Positions 25,871 to 41,269 of a DNA stretch of 64,000 nt are shown here, in pieces. Numbering within the stretch: position 1 is the stretch's first letter; the number at the start of each line of letters is the position of its first letter. Location of the stretch: assembly GCA_964016885.1 (NCBI GenBank), contig OZ024742.1, positions 28,582,001 to 28,646,000 of the forward strand, written 5' to 3'. The notes under the pieces were generated by a model. The model had not been told where the DNA came from and ran no database searches. It saw only the letters and a list, made by a program, of their open reading frames with translations. Origin of the DNA: Eledone cirrhosa (lineage: Eukaryota). A program made the translations under genes and the position numbers.

Positions 25871-26693
25871 TAGCCGCCCCTAGTGGCTCTGATTGGCGTT
25901 TTTCCGAACTCCTATAGTTACAAGGCGCCCGACTGCCAAAGTTAACATGATACCAACAAATCGAAGAATTACTGTTGTCTGAAGTGTAGTGTTGGCGAGG
26001 AACAGAAGACGGTGGTGAACGGTACTCGTAGCAGTTTCGAGGAATAGCAGACGGAGGCCAACGGTACCTTAAACGTCGAGAAGGCTCTCTCTGTTGTACG
26101 GTCAAATCCTCCACTTTTTTGGTGAGCGCTTCGGTCATCTCCAACAGTTTGCTGTCGGCAACAGAAGAATTGCGTGGGGGAACAGAAGAAGAAGCCACAC
26201 AAGGATTATGCCGACTGCTGTTAGAGTCCACCTCTAGTATTCTATCCGCGGATGCGGCAAGTTGATCTAACGACTCCCTCTCCAAATTATTGACCAAGAT
26301 CATTTGCGCACTTGGCGGTAAACGAGAGAAAAATAGCTGTTTAATGAAGGATGTATCAATTCCTTGGGAGTCGCTCAGCTCACGTAGATGTCGCAAATAG
26401 GAAGTTGGCGTTCAGTCACCCATCTGTGTATCCTCCAATAATTCCCGAAAACGGCTCTCCACCGACCTAGTATTCCTACGAAGAATTTCTAGTTTTAATG
26501 AGCCATAAGTAACGTCTGCGGCTAAATTGGTTACCACATCCTTCACGGAATATGCCAACGACACAGGCAAGCCACTAACTAGTACCTTCAGTTTATGCTG
26601 TTCTTTGGATTTGGTTAAATCGAAATAGCATTCAAGCTGCGAAAACCAGAGCTTACTATCGCCCGCAAATATCGGCAAATTATGCGAATTCAT
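25737..26693 (-). pseudogene. gag: Gypsy gag with in-frame TGA at 26412-26414
   Basis: LPIF...LWFSQLE..F, LAASADRI, ICWYHVNFG..PC (CHCC-type motif, shortened); the two ORFs are in frame. Confidence 0.85.
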
Positions 26694-27083
26694 GATGGCC
26701 AGTTGAGAAAAAAAATGCTTTTGGTGAAGACGCCGTTACGTGGCACGATGCAGCCAATCAGATTGCTGGGATTGAAGAAGATACACTGTGCGCGGGAAAA
26801 CCGCAAAAGGAAGAAGACACGCAGAATGGCGGGAAGAAGACACGCAGAATGGCGGGAAAAAGTCGACCATTTAAAACATTTTCATGAGGAAATGACGGTG
26901 AAAATCAGGAAAGAAAAAATGTTCACAGTGTAAACAGCGAACAGAGTTTAGAAATCTTGTTTTCCTTCTTCATTTTTAGAAGGCTTGCATTTAAGTGTTT
27001 TTTTTTGTTTTGTTTTTTTGGGAAAAGGTTTGGATTCAAACCAAAGAAACATTTTTTTTTTTTTTTAGTATCCGCGTATTGGA

Positions 27084-27101
27084 ATCACGTCGGGGTCACC
27101 A
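27084..27101 (-). promoter_or_regulatory. Primer binding site complementary to tRNA-Trp
   Basis: Minus strand TGGTGACCCCGACGTGAT, 1 nt after the 5' LTR. Confidence 0.9.
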
Positions 27102-27102
27102 A

Positions 27103-27506
27103 TAAAGGAAATGAATGATTGTGGATGAATGGCCAATACATCGTTTCTCTTTGTAGAAATAAATGACTCCAGAAGGGGGGTGAACAGTCAAAAATCAACC
27201 AACCTTTATTAAATGCGACATTTAATAAATTATGTACAATATCAATTCAAACATACCTTGTGGGTTAATAGAAGTAGTGTAATTATATTCTCCGGTGCAG
27301 GAATAACGAAAGAATAAGCGAGTGCATATTAGTCGAGATATCGTGGCGTCCTTGATCCGAAGGAGGGCATTTACACAGTCACTCACAAAGCCAGCATGGT
27401 CAATATTTTGGAGAGGGAGTCGTTTCACGTCTGTTCATGTCCGCTCTCTGAAGAGTTATTAAGGGGAGGCAACTTCTAGTTGCTAAGCGACCATCTCAGT
27501 CACTAC

Positions 27507-27507
<1 letters not shown>
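27103..27507 (-). repeat. 5' LTR (405 bp)
   Basis: Matches 21689-22122 except a 29-bp deletion between TCCGC repeats and about five substitutions by eye. Confidence 0.95.
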
Positions 27508-27553
<46 letters not shown>

Positions 27554-27709
27554 TACATGTATATATATAGGACCGTGGCAAGTGGAGAGATGCTGTGCTG
27601 AATAGGATCCGTCCAACCCTTGCAAGCAGGGTAAAGTGGACGTAAAAGGATGATGATGATGATATATATATATATATATGCACACACACATACATACATA
27701 TATGTAATT

Positions 27710-27770
27710 CTGAGTCCCAATTAGCCGTCGAAACGGCTTGAGCTCAGCCGTCGGGGTCCTACTCGTTCCT
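27710..27770 (+). ncRNA. 3' half of a type I hammerhead at the end of a 5'-truncated insert
   Basis: CTGA(gtcccaa)TTAGCCGTC-GAAA-CGGCT(tgagctc)AGCCG-TC-GGGGTCC; same terminus recurs at 57126-57157. Confidence 0.6.
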
Positions 27771-27924
27771 ATATATATATATATGTGTGTGTGTATTATG
27801 TATGTATGTGTGTACGTATGAATATATATATACGTCTGTGTGTGCATGTGTATGCATGAGGGAATGCGTGCATGTGCGTGTATATGCATACGTGTGTATA
27901 TATGTATGTATATGTATGTGTGTA

Positions 27925-28325
27925 TATCAATAAAACAGGGAAAAAACCACCAGTGTATGGAATCTATAACCTATGAAAGGCAGCTATAGACACGATAACT
28001 AAAAATATGAATTAAAGCCACTGGTTCACTGCCCTTAAACACGCTGTGACTTCTCTCTCCCACGTGTAGCTGGACAGTCACTTTTAAAATTCTCTTAGTG
28101 TTGTCTGAAATGTATAGCTTTACACACACTGAGGAACTGGGGTTAATCCATTTCTGTCAACAACTTACTGGCGAACAAGATCACTTTGGATTTGTACGTG
28201 TGTTATATAGTTATAGATGTATTTATTTACGTTTTAATTTATATTTTTAATTATCGTGTCTATAGTCTGCCTTTCATAGGTTATAGATTCCATACACTGC
28301 TGGTTTTTTCCCTGTTTTATTGATA
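27925..28325. mobile_element. Fold-back element, ~90-bp arms, degenerate hammerhead in the spacer
   Basis: Arms 27925-28016 and 28233-28325; ACACACA-CTGAGGA...GAA-CAAGATC..GATTTG-TA-CGTGTGT at 28122-28203. Confidence 0.75.
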
Positions 28326-28367
28326 GCACACTGTATATCTCTCTCTGGTGTGTTACCTTTTCAACAT

Positions 28368-28415
<48 letters not shown>

Positions 28416-28522
28416 TACATAGTAGAAGCCACTTAGAAAACAAAAAACAGACATTGGCAAACATGTGTTATTGTTGTTGTCATTGATGCTGCCTTAGATG
28501 GCTCATAAAACCAGGAAATGAC

Positions 28523-28553
<31 letters not shown>

Positions 28554-28567
28554 CATACATACATACA

Positions 28568-28603
<36 letters not shown>

Positions 28604-29260
28604 TATATACATATATATATACATACATACATATACATACATACAAGTACATATAAACATATGCATGAGTATAACGCGTGTTTTAAAGCAAGAAATATCA
28701 TACAAAGTCAGATACATACGCACAGGCATGTATGGAATTATGCATAGAGATTGATAGATAACTTCATAGATTTCATACACATATACACATGCATACATGC
28801 ACATATACACACACATACATACTCATGCATACAGACATACATACATACATGCACATATAAAGACAGAGACAGATGGACATACATACCAACATACATACCT
28901 TCATACATACACACATATATATATACAAACATACAAACACATACATACATACATACATACAGACATACATGCACATATACACACGTACGTATTCCTACAT
29001 ACAGACATACATACATGCACATATAAATACAGACAGATGGACATACATACCTTCATACATTCACATATATATATACACACACATATACATACATGAACAT
29101 CCTCCATTTTACTATCAGATTAGTATAGAGATTCTGATTGTTTTGAAGATGTGAATATTAAATAGGTTAACAAATACACTTCTATTGAAACTACCACCTC
29201 CCCCTCTCTCTCTATATATATATATACACATATTTATATATAAATATATATATACATACA

Positions 29261-29328
<68 letters not shown>

Positions 29329-29577
29329 CATATTTATATATATATATACACACGTACATATTTATATATATATAATATATATATATATATATACACACAT
29401 ACATATTTATATATATATATATACACACATACATATTTATATATATATAATATATATACACACATACATATTTATCTATATATATATATATATATACACA
29501 CATACATATTTATATATATATATATATATGTTATGGAATACTATTAGCTTCTCGCTAAAACAATTTCTATACCTTTC

Positions 29578-29632
<55 letters not shown>

Positions 29633-29664
29633 TACATATTTATATATAAATGTATATCTGTGTG

Positions 29665-29737
<73 letters not shown>

Positions 29738-29784
29738 CTGTGTGTGTATATATATCTGTGTGTGTATATATATATATATATATC

Positions 29785-29815
<31 letters not shown>

Positions 29816-30809
29816 CTGTGTGTGTATATATATATATATCTGTGTGTATATATATATATATATATAACCATAATCGGAGTTGGTCATCAGCCATATGGCA
29901 TGATATCCTGATATTCCTCATATGATGGGGGGGGGGGGCATCTTCATCATTGGTTAATAGTGGTGTTGGTGTTGCGTGGCACACTGTATGATGGGATTAA
30001 AATGAAATGGGTTGTAGCAGTCACACACACATGCAGGCACCTCTCACACACACACTCACACCCACACATGCAGCCTCACACACACATACATACACCCACA
30101 CATACACACACACATGCACACATACACACATGCACACATATACACAAATATGTGGACAAATATTCACACACTTGCACACATATGCATATGCATCAAAGGC
30201 TGTCACAGACAGAATGGAAACCTGGATAATTTAATGGAAAATTGAGCCAATATTTTATATGGCCAATCATCATTATCATCATTAACATCATCATCACCAT
30301 CATCACCAGTTAATGTCTGTTTTTGCTGCCAGCTAGGGTTAAATGGGCCACCACAGTCGAGATCAGTACTTAATCAGTGGTACTGACAGCTCAAACAGGA
30401 TGGTGGAGGGGAGGTATGACATATATTCCCACACTCTATGCAGTACTCCAGGTAAATATTATTGTGGCACCTACACTAGGGAGGTTGTCACATCTCTGAC
30501 ATGGCTGAAGATTCCAAAATAACCTTTGGTTGCCCATCCTATCGTCAATCAGTTGACATTTTCATAAACATACTAATGTACTCCACTACCTAGGGTTTCA
30601 ATTGACTTTGGTAATAACAAAGAATTAAGAAAGATTTTGTGAAATATCAGACTCTGTGATATAGTAAAATAGTAATTGCAACTAAATGTAGCAAAACAAA
30701 TATATATACTGCTATATCAAGCTGGTGTTTAGAACATAAAATAGAAATGTATATATACTGCTATATTTAAAACATAATAAATCATATACACACACACACA
30801 TATATATAT

Positions 30810-30948
30810 AGTTCAAGGAAACAACAAATAGAAATACAAAAAGTCTTATTAGTTTCACGCTTTATATGGAAAAGAGGAAAGGAAGTTCGACATGTGGGGC
30901 TTCAGCCCTTCTTCAGGAGTACAACATTAGAGACAGGATCACAAACGA
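30810..30948 (-). mobile_element. Short repeat with degenerate hammerhead; related copy at 40453-40595
   Basis: Minus strand CTGAAGA-A-GGGC(tgaa)GCCC-..-CATG-TC, with GAAA lost. Confidence 0.5.
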
Positions 30949-30994
30949 TATATATATATATATATAGTGTTTACGAAAGACCCTGATGTTATTT

Positions 30995-31175
30995 AGCAGT
31001 ATCGGTAGAGGGTCGGATGCCATGCTTTGCAACATAGAATTACGTCCCTTTATGGTTTGAGTTCAAATCCTGCCGAGGTTAACTTTGCCTCTCATCCTTA
31101 CGGGGTCGATAAAATAAAGTACCAGTAATACACTGGGATAATTGCTGGCCTTGTGCCCAAAATAGAAACAGTTAT
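30995..31175 (+). mobile_element. SINE family A copy
   Basis: Matches 23310-23500. Confidence 0.9.
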
Positions 31176-31537
31176 TTCAGCGATCTCTGGCCATGACTCA
31201 CTCAATGAATCAATAATTTTGCAGTTGTGAAACTGCATCTCGATGTTAAGAGTGCATACATAATAGTTAAATAGTGAGTCCAGTGGCTGTGTTTTGGTAA
31301 AGATGGTACGTATCTAGCTCCTGGACAGATTCCTTTTCTGTGTGATATTCTCCCCACCAACAGTTATTAAAACTGTTATATTAGATATCGCTTTCTAACA
31401 TAATTTAAGAAAAGAGAAATAACTGTTGGCATATTGTATTTGGAACATAAAGGATAAATATATACTGGTATATTAAGATTGTGTTTTAAATATAACAAAA
31501 GACATATATATATATACATATATATGTGTGTGTGTGT

Positions 31538-32113
31538 GAGAGAGAGACTGAGCATAAGAGAAATCAAATGCTGTGTGCAGGAGAGGAGGTTGCGTTGGTA
31601 TGGACATGTGATGTGTATGAGGGATGACAGCTGCATAAAAAGGTACAAAGCACTAGACGCCATGATGTAGGGAGACCTAAGAATATCTGGGATGAGGTGA
31701 TAAAAGCCGACCGTAGCTAATTGCACCTCTCAAAAGCGATGACACACGAACGTGACGTCTGTCATCACGCAATAATACAGAAGACCCGACTTCCCACGGG
31801 TACAAGCCGAAGCTGAAGCATAATATGACGCCACACCCTCCCACTGCAAAGTGGTCGTGGAGGTGCCACAGCAAAAGAAGCTCCCAGCCCACACTGTAAA
31901 GTGGACGTGTAGGCACCACGAAAAAAAGCACCCAGCACTCACTGTAAATGAGGTTGGTGTTAGGAAGGGCATCCAGCTGTAGAAATCAAGCCAGAATCAG
32001 TTCCTCTATGAGCAAGACAAGGTCAGCCGACTGGACACTGCCCACAACAGGACAACCCATCTAACCCATGCTAGTGTGGAAGAACGGACGTAAAACGGTG
32101 ATGATGATGATGA
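31538..32113 (+). mobile_element. RTE 3' fragment (copy-3 subfamily)
   Basis: Matches 11505-12082 including the (GAT)n tail. Confidence 0.9.
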
Positions 32114-32120
32114 TATATAT

Positions 32121-32149
<29 letters not shown>

Positions 32150-32154
<5 letters not shown>

Positions 32155-32850
32155 TGATATACTATGAGGGTATTTGGAAGATAATTTAAAAAAAGACAAA
32201 TATATATTAGTGTATCGAGATCATATTTGGAACATGACAAAATTCCAATATATATATTGGTATATTATGATGATGTTTCGGACATGACAAAATACAAATA
32301 TATATATTGGTATATTATTAACATTGTGATTGAAAAATGACAAAATACAAATATATATATTGGTATATTATGATGGTGTTTGGAACATGACAAAATACCA
32401 ATATATATATATCATCATCATCATCACCGTTTTACGTCCGTTCTTCCACGCTAGCATGGGTTAGATGGGTTGTCCTGTTATGGGCAGTGTCGAGTCGGCT
32501 GACCTTGTCTTGCTCATACAGGAACTGATTGTGGCTTGATTTCTACAGCTGGATGCCCTTCCTAACACCAAACTCATTTACAGTGAGTGCTGGGTGCTTT
32601 TTTTCCATGGCGCCTAACGTCCACTTTACAGTGTGGGCTGGGTGCTTTTTTGCCATGGCACCTCCACGACCACTTGGCAGTGGGAGGGGATTTTGTTTGA
32701 AAAATGACAAAAAACAAATATATGTATATTGGTATATTAAGATGATGTTTGGAAGATAATTTAAGAAAAGACAAATATCTGTTGTTATATTAAGACACTG
32801 TTTGGAAAATAACAAAAATCACTCGTATACATGACAAAAGACTAATATCA
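32150..32850. repeat. Degenerate ~60-bp tandem repeat interrupted by RTE tails (32412-32690 and 32848-32966, minus strand)
   Basis: Recurring atatattggtatattatgatgatgtttggaacatgacaaaatac. Confidence 0.7.
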
Positions 32851-33229
32851 TCATCATCATCATCACCGTTTTACGTCTGTTCTTCCATGCTAGCATGGGT
32901 TAGACGGGTTGTCCTGCTGTGGGCAGTGTCTGGTCGGCTGACCATGCCTTGCTCATACAGGAACTGTATATATATTGGTATATTTGATGTATATATATTG
33001 GTATATTTGATGCAGACATGGCTATAAGCTGTGTGGTTAAGTAGTTCCCTTTGCAGTCACATGATCTTATGTTCCATTACAGTGTGTCATACCTTGGGCA
33101 AGTTTCTCCTCATATATCGCCTCCATTCTACCAAAACCTTGTGAGTGAATTTGGTAGATGAAAATTCTGCGTGTATGTGTGTATACATGTCTCTGTGAAT
33201 ATGTATGTATGTATATATACGCACAAAAG

Positions 33230-33280
<51 letters not shown>

Positions 33281-33586
33281 ACATATATGTATATATATAT
33301 ATGTATATATATATATGTATATATGTATGGCTTTCTTTTTCGTAATTCTAAGTTAATTTTTGATCATCATCATCAATCTCAACATCATTAAATACCAACA
33401 CCACCATCATCTTCATAGAACTAAGATATCAAACATTAAGCAATATGTATTTAAGTAGTCATATACATACATACATACAAGCATACATATGTATGCTTGT
33501 ATACAGTTTAGGAGTTTGTAACAATATGTGTATATACTTGTGTTTACATATATTTGCATGTTCACGTATATAGAGTTTTATATAGC

Positions 33587-33617
<31 letters not shown>

Positions 33618-34088
33618 ACATATATAGTTACATAGGTGTAGGGGATGCATACAAGTGTGTTAATATATGTGTGTATATGTGCATATATATGTAATATATA
33701 TAAATATATATATATATAAATACACTCACATGTGCACACAAACAAATAAACACACATACACAAACATATATGTACATATAGATGTATACAGACAAACCAA
33801 ACACACAAGAGACATATATGTACATGTGGTAGCTTGGGTAATCAGGTGTTGGTATAGATTTAGTTAATCCTGCACCTAGTATCTCAAGATACTTAAACTG
33901 AATAAGAAATAGGAAAGGAAGACCAGACATGAAGATTATTTCAAGGATTAGTGGAAAGTAAGATTGGAAATTTACTTAGCTTTCAAAATGTGATTGGAAT
34001 AGAGAGGACACAGGTCTATCTAATACCCATACACACGTGTGTGTGTGTATGTATATATATATATATATATATATACACATACATATAC

Positions 34089-34153
<65 letters not shown>

Positions 34154-34163
34154 TATATATATA

Positions 34164-34750
34164 CATCATCATCATCATCACCGTTTTACGTCCGTTCTTC
34201 CACGCTAGCATGGGTTAGACGGGTTGTCCTGTTGTGGGCAGTGTCTGGTCTGCTGACCATGCCTTGCTCATACAGGAACTGATCTGGCTTGATTTCTACA
34301 GCTGGATGCCCTTCCTAACACCAACCTCATTTACAGTGAGTGTTGGGTGCTTTTTCGTGGCGCCTACACGTCCACTTTACAGTGTGGGCTGGGTGCTTTT
34401 TTGCCGTGGCACCTCCACGACCACCTTGCGGTGGGGGGGGGGGGGCATATTGTTTATATGCGTCAGCATGTACCCATGGGAGGTCGGGTACCCTGTATTA
34501 CTGCGTGACGCCAGAAGTCACGGTCGTGTGTCATTGACTTTGAGAGGTGTAGTTGGGTAAGGTCGGCTTTTATCACCTCATCCCAAGTCATCTTGGGTCT
34601 CCCCACTCCGCGGTTTCCATCAACTTGTAGTGCTCTGCACCTTTTTATGCAGCTGTCATCCTTCATACGCATCACATGTCCATACCAGCGTAACCGCCTC
34701 TCCTGCACGCAGCATTTGATTCCTCTTATGCTCAGTCTCTCTCTCAATTC
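34164..34750 (-). mobile_element. RTE 3' fragment near-identical to copy 3
   Basis: Reverse complement of 11500-12082; (TA)n on both sides. Confidence 0.93.
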
Positions 34751-34817
<67 letters not shown>

Positions 34818-34852
34818 TATAAATATATACACATATATATATATATATATAT

Positions 34853-34893
<41 letters not shown>

Positions 34894-34906
34894 TATATAT
34901 ATATAT

Positions 34907-34955
<49 letters not shown>

Positions 34956-34970
34956 TATATATAAACATAT

Positions 34971-35315
34971 GGAGGCACATGGTTTAGTGGTTAGAGCATT
35001 GGCCTTGCAATCGAAAGGTTGTGAGTTCAATTCTCAGACCGGGTGATGTGTTGTTTCCTTGAGCAAGACACTTTATTTCACATTGCTCCAGTTTACTCAG
35101 CTGTAGAAATGAGATGATAGGGACTGGGGTCCCTATCATTCCACTGTAAAGTGGTCGTGGAGGTGCCACGGCAAAAAAGCACCCAGCACTCACTGTAAAT
35201 GAGGTTGGTGTTAGGAAGGGCATCCAGCTGTAGAAATCAAGCCAGAATCAGTTCCCGTCCCACCCTTGCAAGCAGGGAAATGCGGACGTAGAATGATGAT
35301 GATGATGATGATGAT
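34971..35315 (+). mobile_element. tRNA-derived SINE family B with RTE-derived 3' tail
   Basis: A box TGGTTTAGTGG, B box GAGTTCAATTC, core tgtttccttgagcaagacac, tail matching the RTE copy 3 UTR, (GAT)n. Confidence 0.9.
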
Positions 35316-35971
35316 ATATATACATATATATATACACATATATATATATATATATACACATATATATATATATACACAGATATATATATACATATATATA
35401 CACAAATATATATATACATATATATACACAAATATATATATACATATATATACACAAATATATATATACATATATATACACAAATATATATATATATATA
35501 TACACAAATATATATATATATACATATATATATATACACAAATATATATATATATACATATATACATATATATATGTGTATATATGTATACATATATATA
35601 CATACATACATATATGTGTATACATATATACATATATATATATACATATATACATATATATACATATATATGTGTATATATATAAATATACATATATATA
35701 TAAATATACATATATATATACATATATACATATAATGTATATATATATAGTCATATATAAGTTACACCTCCATTATACATATAGCATTTACAATGTCGTA
35801 TCTAATTTGAATTGGGATTTTGTAGATCCACTATAAAAGTTGCATGTCAGGTTTTTGCTTCTACTTTCTTGGAACAAGTTGTGATCTATAAATAAGGATA
35901 TGTGGTTTACATGCACACAAATACACACACATGTATATTTATATATCCGTATATGGTTGACAGCTGAGAGA

Positions 35972-36154
35972 AAGGAGTACTCAATACTGAAGTAGAGTTT
36001 TAATACTTCTTTTATTAAGGTTAAAATGCGAGTCTTTTTACACTGTTTATCACAGGATCATCAGACAAGAACTGTTCTTGTCTGATGACCCTGTGTTACA
36101 CAAAACTCTAGAGTAATACGACTCACTTTTTAGCCTTAATGAAATGAGTATATA

Positions 36155-36215
<61 letters not shown>

Positions 36216-36252
36216 CGATGGTTATATTCTACCAATGTATTGAGTACCTTTT
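35972..36252. mobile_element. Fold-back element centred on 36073 with head-to-head degenerate hammerheads
   Basis: CACAGGATCATCAGACAAGAAC-T-GTTCTTGTCTGATGACCCTGTG; outer arms gtactcaatac and gtattgagtac; TCTTGT-CTGATGA...AAAA-CTCTAGAG-TA-ATACGA. Confidence 0.7.
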
Positions 36253-36745
36253 TTAACTTGGTTGCACCCCGACACATCTCAGGAATCTCTATATTATATA
36301 TATATATAATAATTATGAAATTATTGTGTACAGTGCTCAGGTGTACTATAACTCATCAAAGGTGCATGTATACTATATAGAATAATATACAAAAGTCAGG
36401 AAAGTGAATAGTGTACGAGTCATACATGTGTACGTCTGTACTTATATACATCCACTATATACTTATAAATAATATACACAGGAGATGGCCCTGTTTCTCG
36501 CTTGTATTTACAGCTGAATACTCTTCCTAATGCCAACCCCATTTAGAGTGTGGACTGGGTGTTTTTTTATTGTGGCACCAACATGACCACATTACAGAGT
36601 GGACTGGGTGCTTTTTGTTGTATCCCCATTATGACTATTTTACAGGGTGGACTGGGCGTTTACTGTCATATCACTAATATGACCACACTACACAGCTGAC
36701 TGGGTGTTTTTTCCATGTATGTGTGTGTGTATATATAAGCCATGT

Positions 36746-37140
36746 GAAGGCACATGGCTTAGTGGTTAAAGCATTGAACTTGCAATCGAAAGTTTGTGAG
36801 TTCAATTCTCGGACCTGGTGAAGTGTAGTTTCCTTGAGCAAAACACTTTATTTCACGTTGCTCCAGTTTACTCAGCTGTAGAAATGAGATGATAGGACTG
36901 GGGTCCCTATCATTCCACTGCAAAAGTGGTCATGGGAGTGCCACAGTAAAAAAGCACCCAGCACTCACTGTAAATGAGGTTGGTGTTAGGAAGGGCATCC
37001 AGCTGTAGAAATCAAGCCAGAATCAGTTCCCATATGAGCTAGACAAGGTCAGCCGACCGGACACTGCCCACAACAGGACAACCCGTCTAACCCATGCTAG
37101 CGTGGAAGAACGGACGTAAAACGGTGATGATGGTGATGAT
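36746..37140 (+). mobile_element. SINE family B copy
   Basis: Matches 34971-35250, with a longer RTE tail. Confidence 0.9.
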
Positions 37141-37144
37141 ATTA

Positions 37145-39081
<1,937 letters not shown>

Positions 39082-39559
39082 TATATAAATAAAGAGAGAG
39101 AGATAGGAAACTCTGAGTAACAATACATTTCCAATGTATAAGATACCTATGACGAATGAGACACTTATAGTAATCACATCAATGCCCAGATTTTATTCTA
39201 GATGACAGATCTTTATTCTGCATGGTTGCAGCCATAATTTTGACCACATTACATATCTTGACCAATGAGAATCAGACTAATTAGGGCATTGTAGACATAA
39301 CTTAGTCCCTATATATTGTTTAAATATCAGTTTGAAAGCAAAGACAACAGACAGAAGTTCCAGCTATATCTTGTCAACAAAATCTCCATATGGTTTAAAT
39401 ACACAACAAGCCTCTGATATCCAAATGGCTAAATGTCAATAAAAGGGCACCCAGGGGTCATGACCGGAATGCAGCCCAGCACCCCTTAGAGTGTAAGAAG
39501 TTAAGAGCTGAAACACTTGTTTGAGGAGACCTTCTACTGTCCAGCTCTCCTGAGAGTTT

Positions 39560-40100
39560 CTTACTATTTTGATTGATTACACAAAGAAATTTTGTGTATG
39601 AAACTCCGAATAATAATGGAAGGAATCACTAATGTTTCTTCATAAACATTAACTCTACACTGTGTATTGAATGCTCTTTTCTTTTGTTTGTAAACAGAGA
39701 TGTTGACTCGCTCCAATTGTGTTGACACCTATCTTTGAACTGAGAATAAACAGTTAAATCGGAGAAGCACCCTCTCCTTTATTCTTTGAAGGAAATACCA
39801 ATACCAACAAAGAAATTCTGTATGATACACCTCATTAACAAAACAGAAAGTCTAATTGAGGGATCAAAATATGTAGAAATGTAGTAGTGTTGCTTCTCAC
39901 CCAAAATTAACCCTTTCGACACTATTTTTAATGGAATGCACTGCTTGTTGAATTTGCTTTGCAAGGTTTTAGATATGAAATCGTATGTTGAAACAAATAT
40001 TGTTATATTTGGGGAGGGTCATGTGGTTATAATATTGCCAAAAATATATAGAAAAACACATTCACTCTTTGGTTTGGGTTGGTTATCTTTAAACAAATTT
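39560..40100. mobile_element. Two abutting PLE 5'/pLTR remnants in opposite orientation
   Basis: Plus strand: degenerate hammerhead ~39563-39618 then YSLKEIPIPTKK..LINKTESLI (PLE N-terminus-like). Minus strand: [12 protein letters not shown] segment from 40022. Confidence 0.55.
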
Positions 40101-41269
40101 GAAAAACGAAAATAGAATTTGGAAAGGTTCAGCAATACACTAAATTTTTCATTATTAAGTTGGTGTTTGGAACATAACTTAACAAAGGTTTTTATATGCA
40201 ATTATGATTAGATGTTTAGATAAATAAAAACACTTTAAAATTAAAATAAAAACATTAATAGAACCAGTTGTGGCTTTAAGCAGTTTAGTATCAGAAAGGC
40301 TAAAGACCTTGATGACTTCAAAATTGGTCACACCAATGTAATAACAATGGTAGTATTAAGATACAGCACCAAGTTGAATAAATACATAAACACTTTTAGA
40401 AAATTCCTCCTATGTCCACATACTTACAAATATGTATTTATATATATATATATAGTTCAAGGAAACGACAAAACAGAGATACAAAAAGTATTACTACTTT
40501 CATTTGTTATATGGAAAGGGGGAAAGAAAGTTTGATGAGTCGGATTTTAGTCCTTCCTCGGGAGTACAAAAAATAGAGACAAGATCACAAAGGATAGACA
40601 CAGAAAAGAAAAACATTACCAAACACTTTCAACTCCTGATAAACAACATCACTAAAACATAAAAATAAAACAACACTACCACATACATCAGAAAGACAGT
40701 CATGAAGGTACTAGCTTCCAAACTAAAAATATAACACAGTGTGAACTGCCTAACCATAATAACATTTTACACTACACTACACTTAAAGACCACAAAATTG
40801 AGATCCTCTCTAGATCCAAATATAATTTATTCAATAATTTCATAAGCAAAAGAAAAAGGTTAATAAGTGCATTCCCAACATTATTAACCACAAAACTAAG
40901 AGTAATATGAGGTTACTGTGGCTCAAAAAATGAGGCTACAATGCCATCATCATAGAGATTCACTCATTTTGATATGGTGGACTTCTATCCAGCCATCTCT
41001 AAATTTCTACCTCTGAAAGTCATGGGTTTTAAAATAGAATTCCCGACAGCAATGTAGATACCAATATAATGATGAAGTTTTACTGGTTTGAAAAGAAAGG
41101 TGACCCTTTGATAGATATCTTGATGAGGAATTATAAGGGAGCTCATGCAATTGTTATATATATATATATATGTATATATACACACACACATATATATATA
41201 TATATACATACACACACATATATATATACATACACACATATATATATATATACACACACATATATATAT

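Larger units (their letters stand above)
21689..27507 (-). mobile_element. Full-length Ty3/Gypsy LTR retrotransposon, CsRn1-like
   Basis: Two near-identical LTRs, TATG TSD (21685-21688 and 27508-27511), tRNA-Trp PBS, gag-PR-RT-RH-INT order. Confidence 0.95.

Noticed and set aside
34971-35045. tRNA gene
   Set aside because: A/B boxes are present but continue into SINE core and LINE tail, with no proper cloverleaf.
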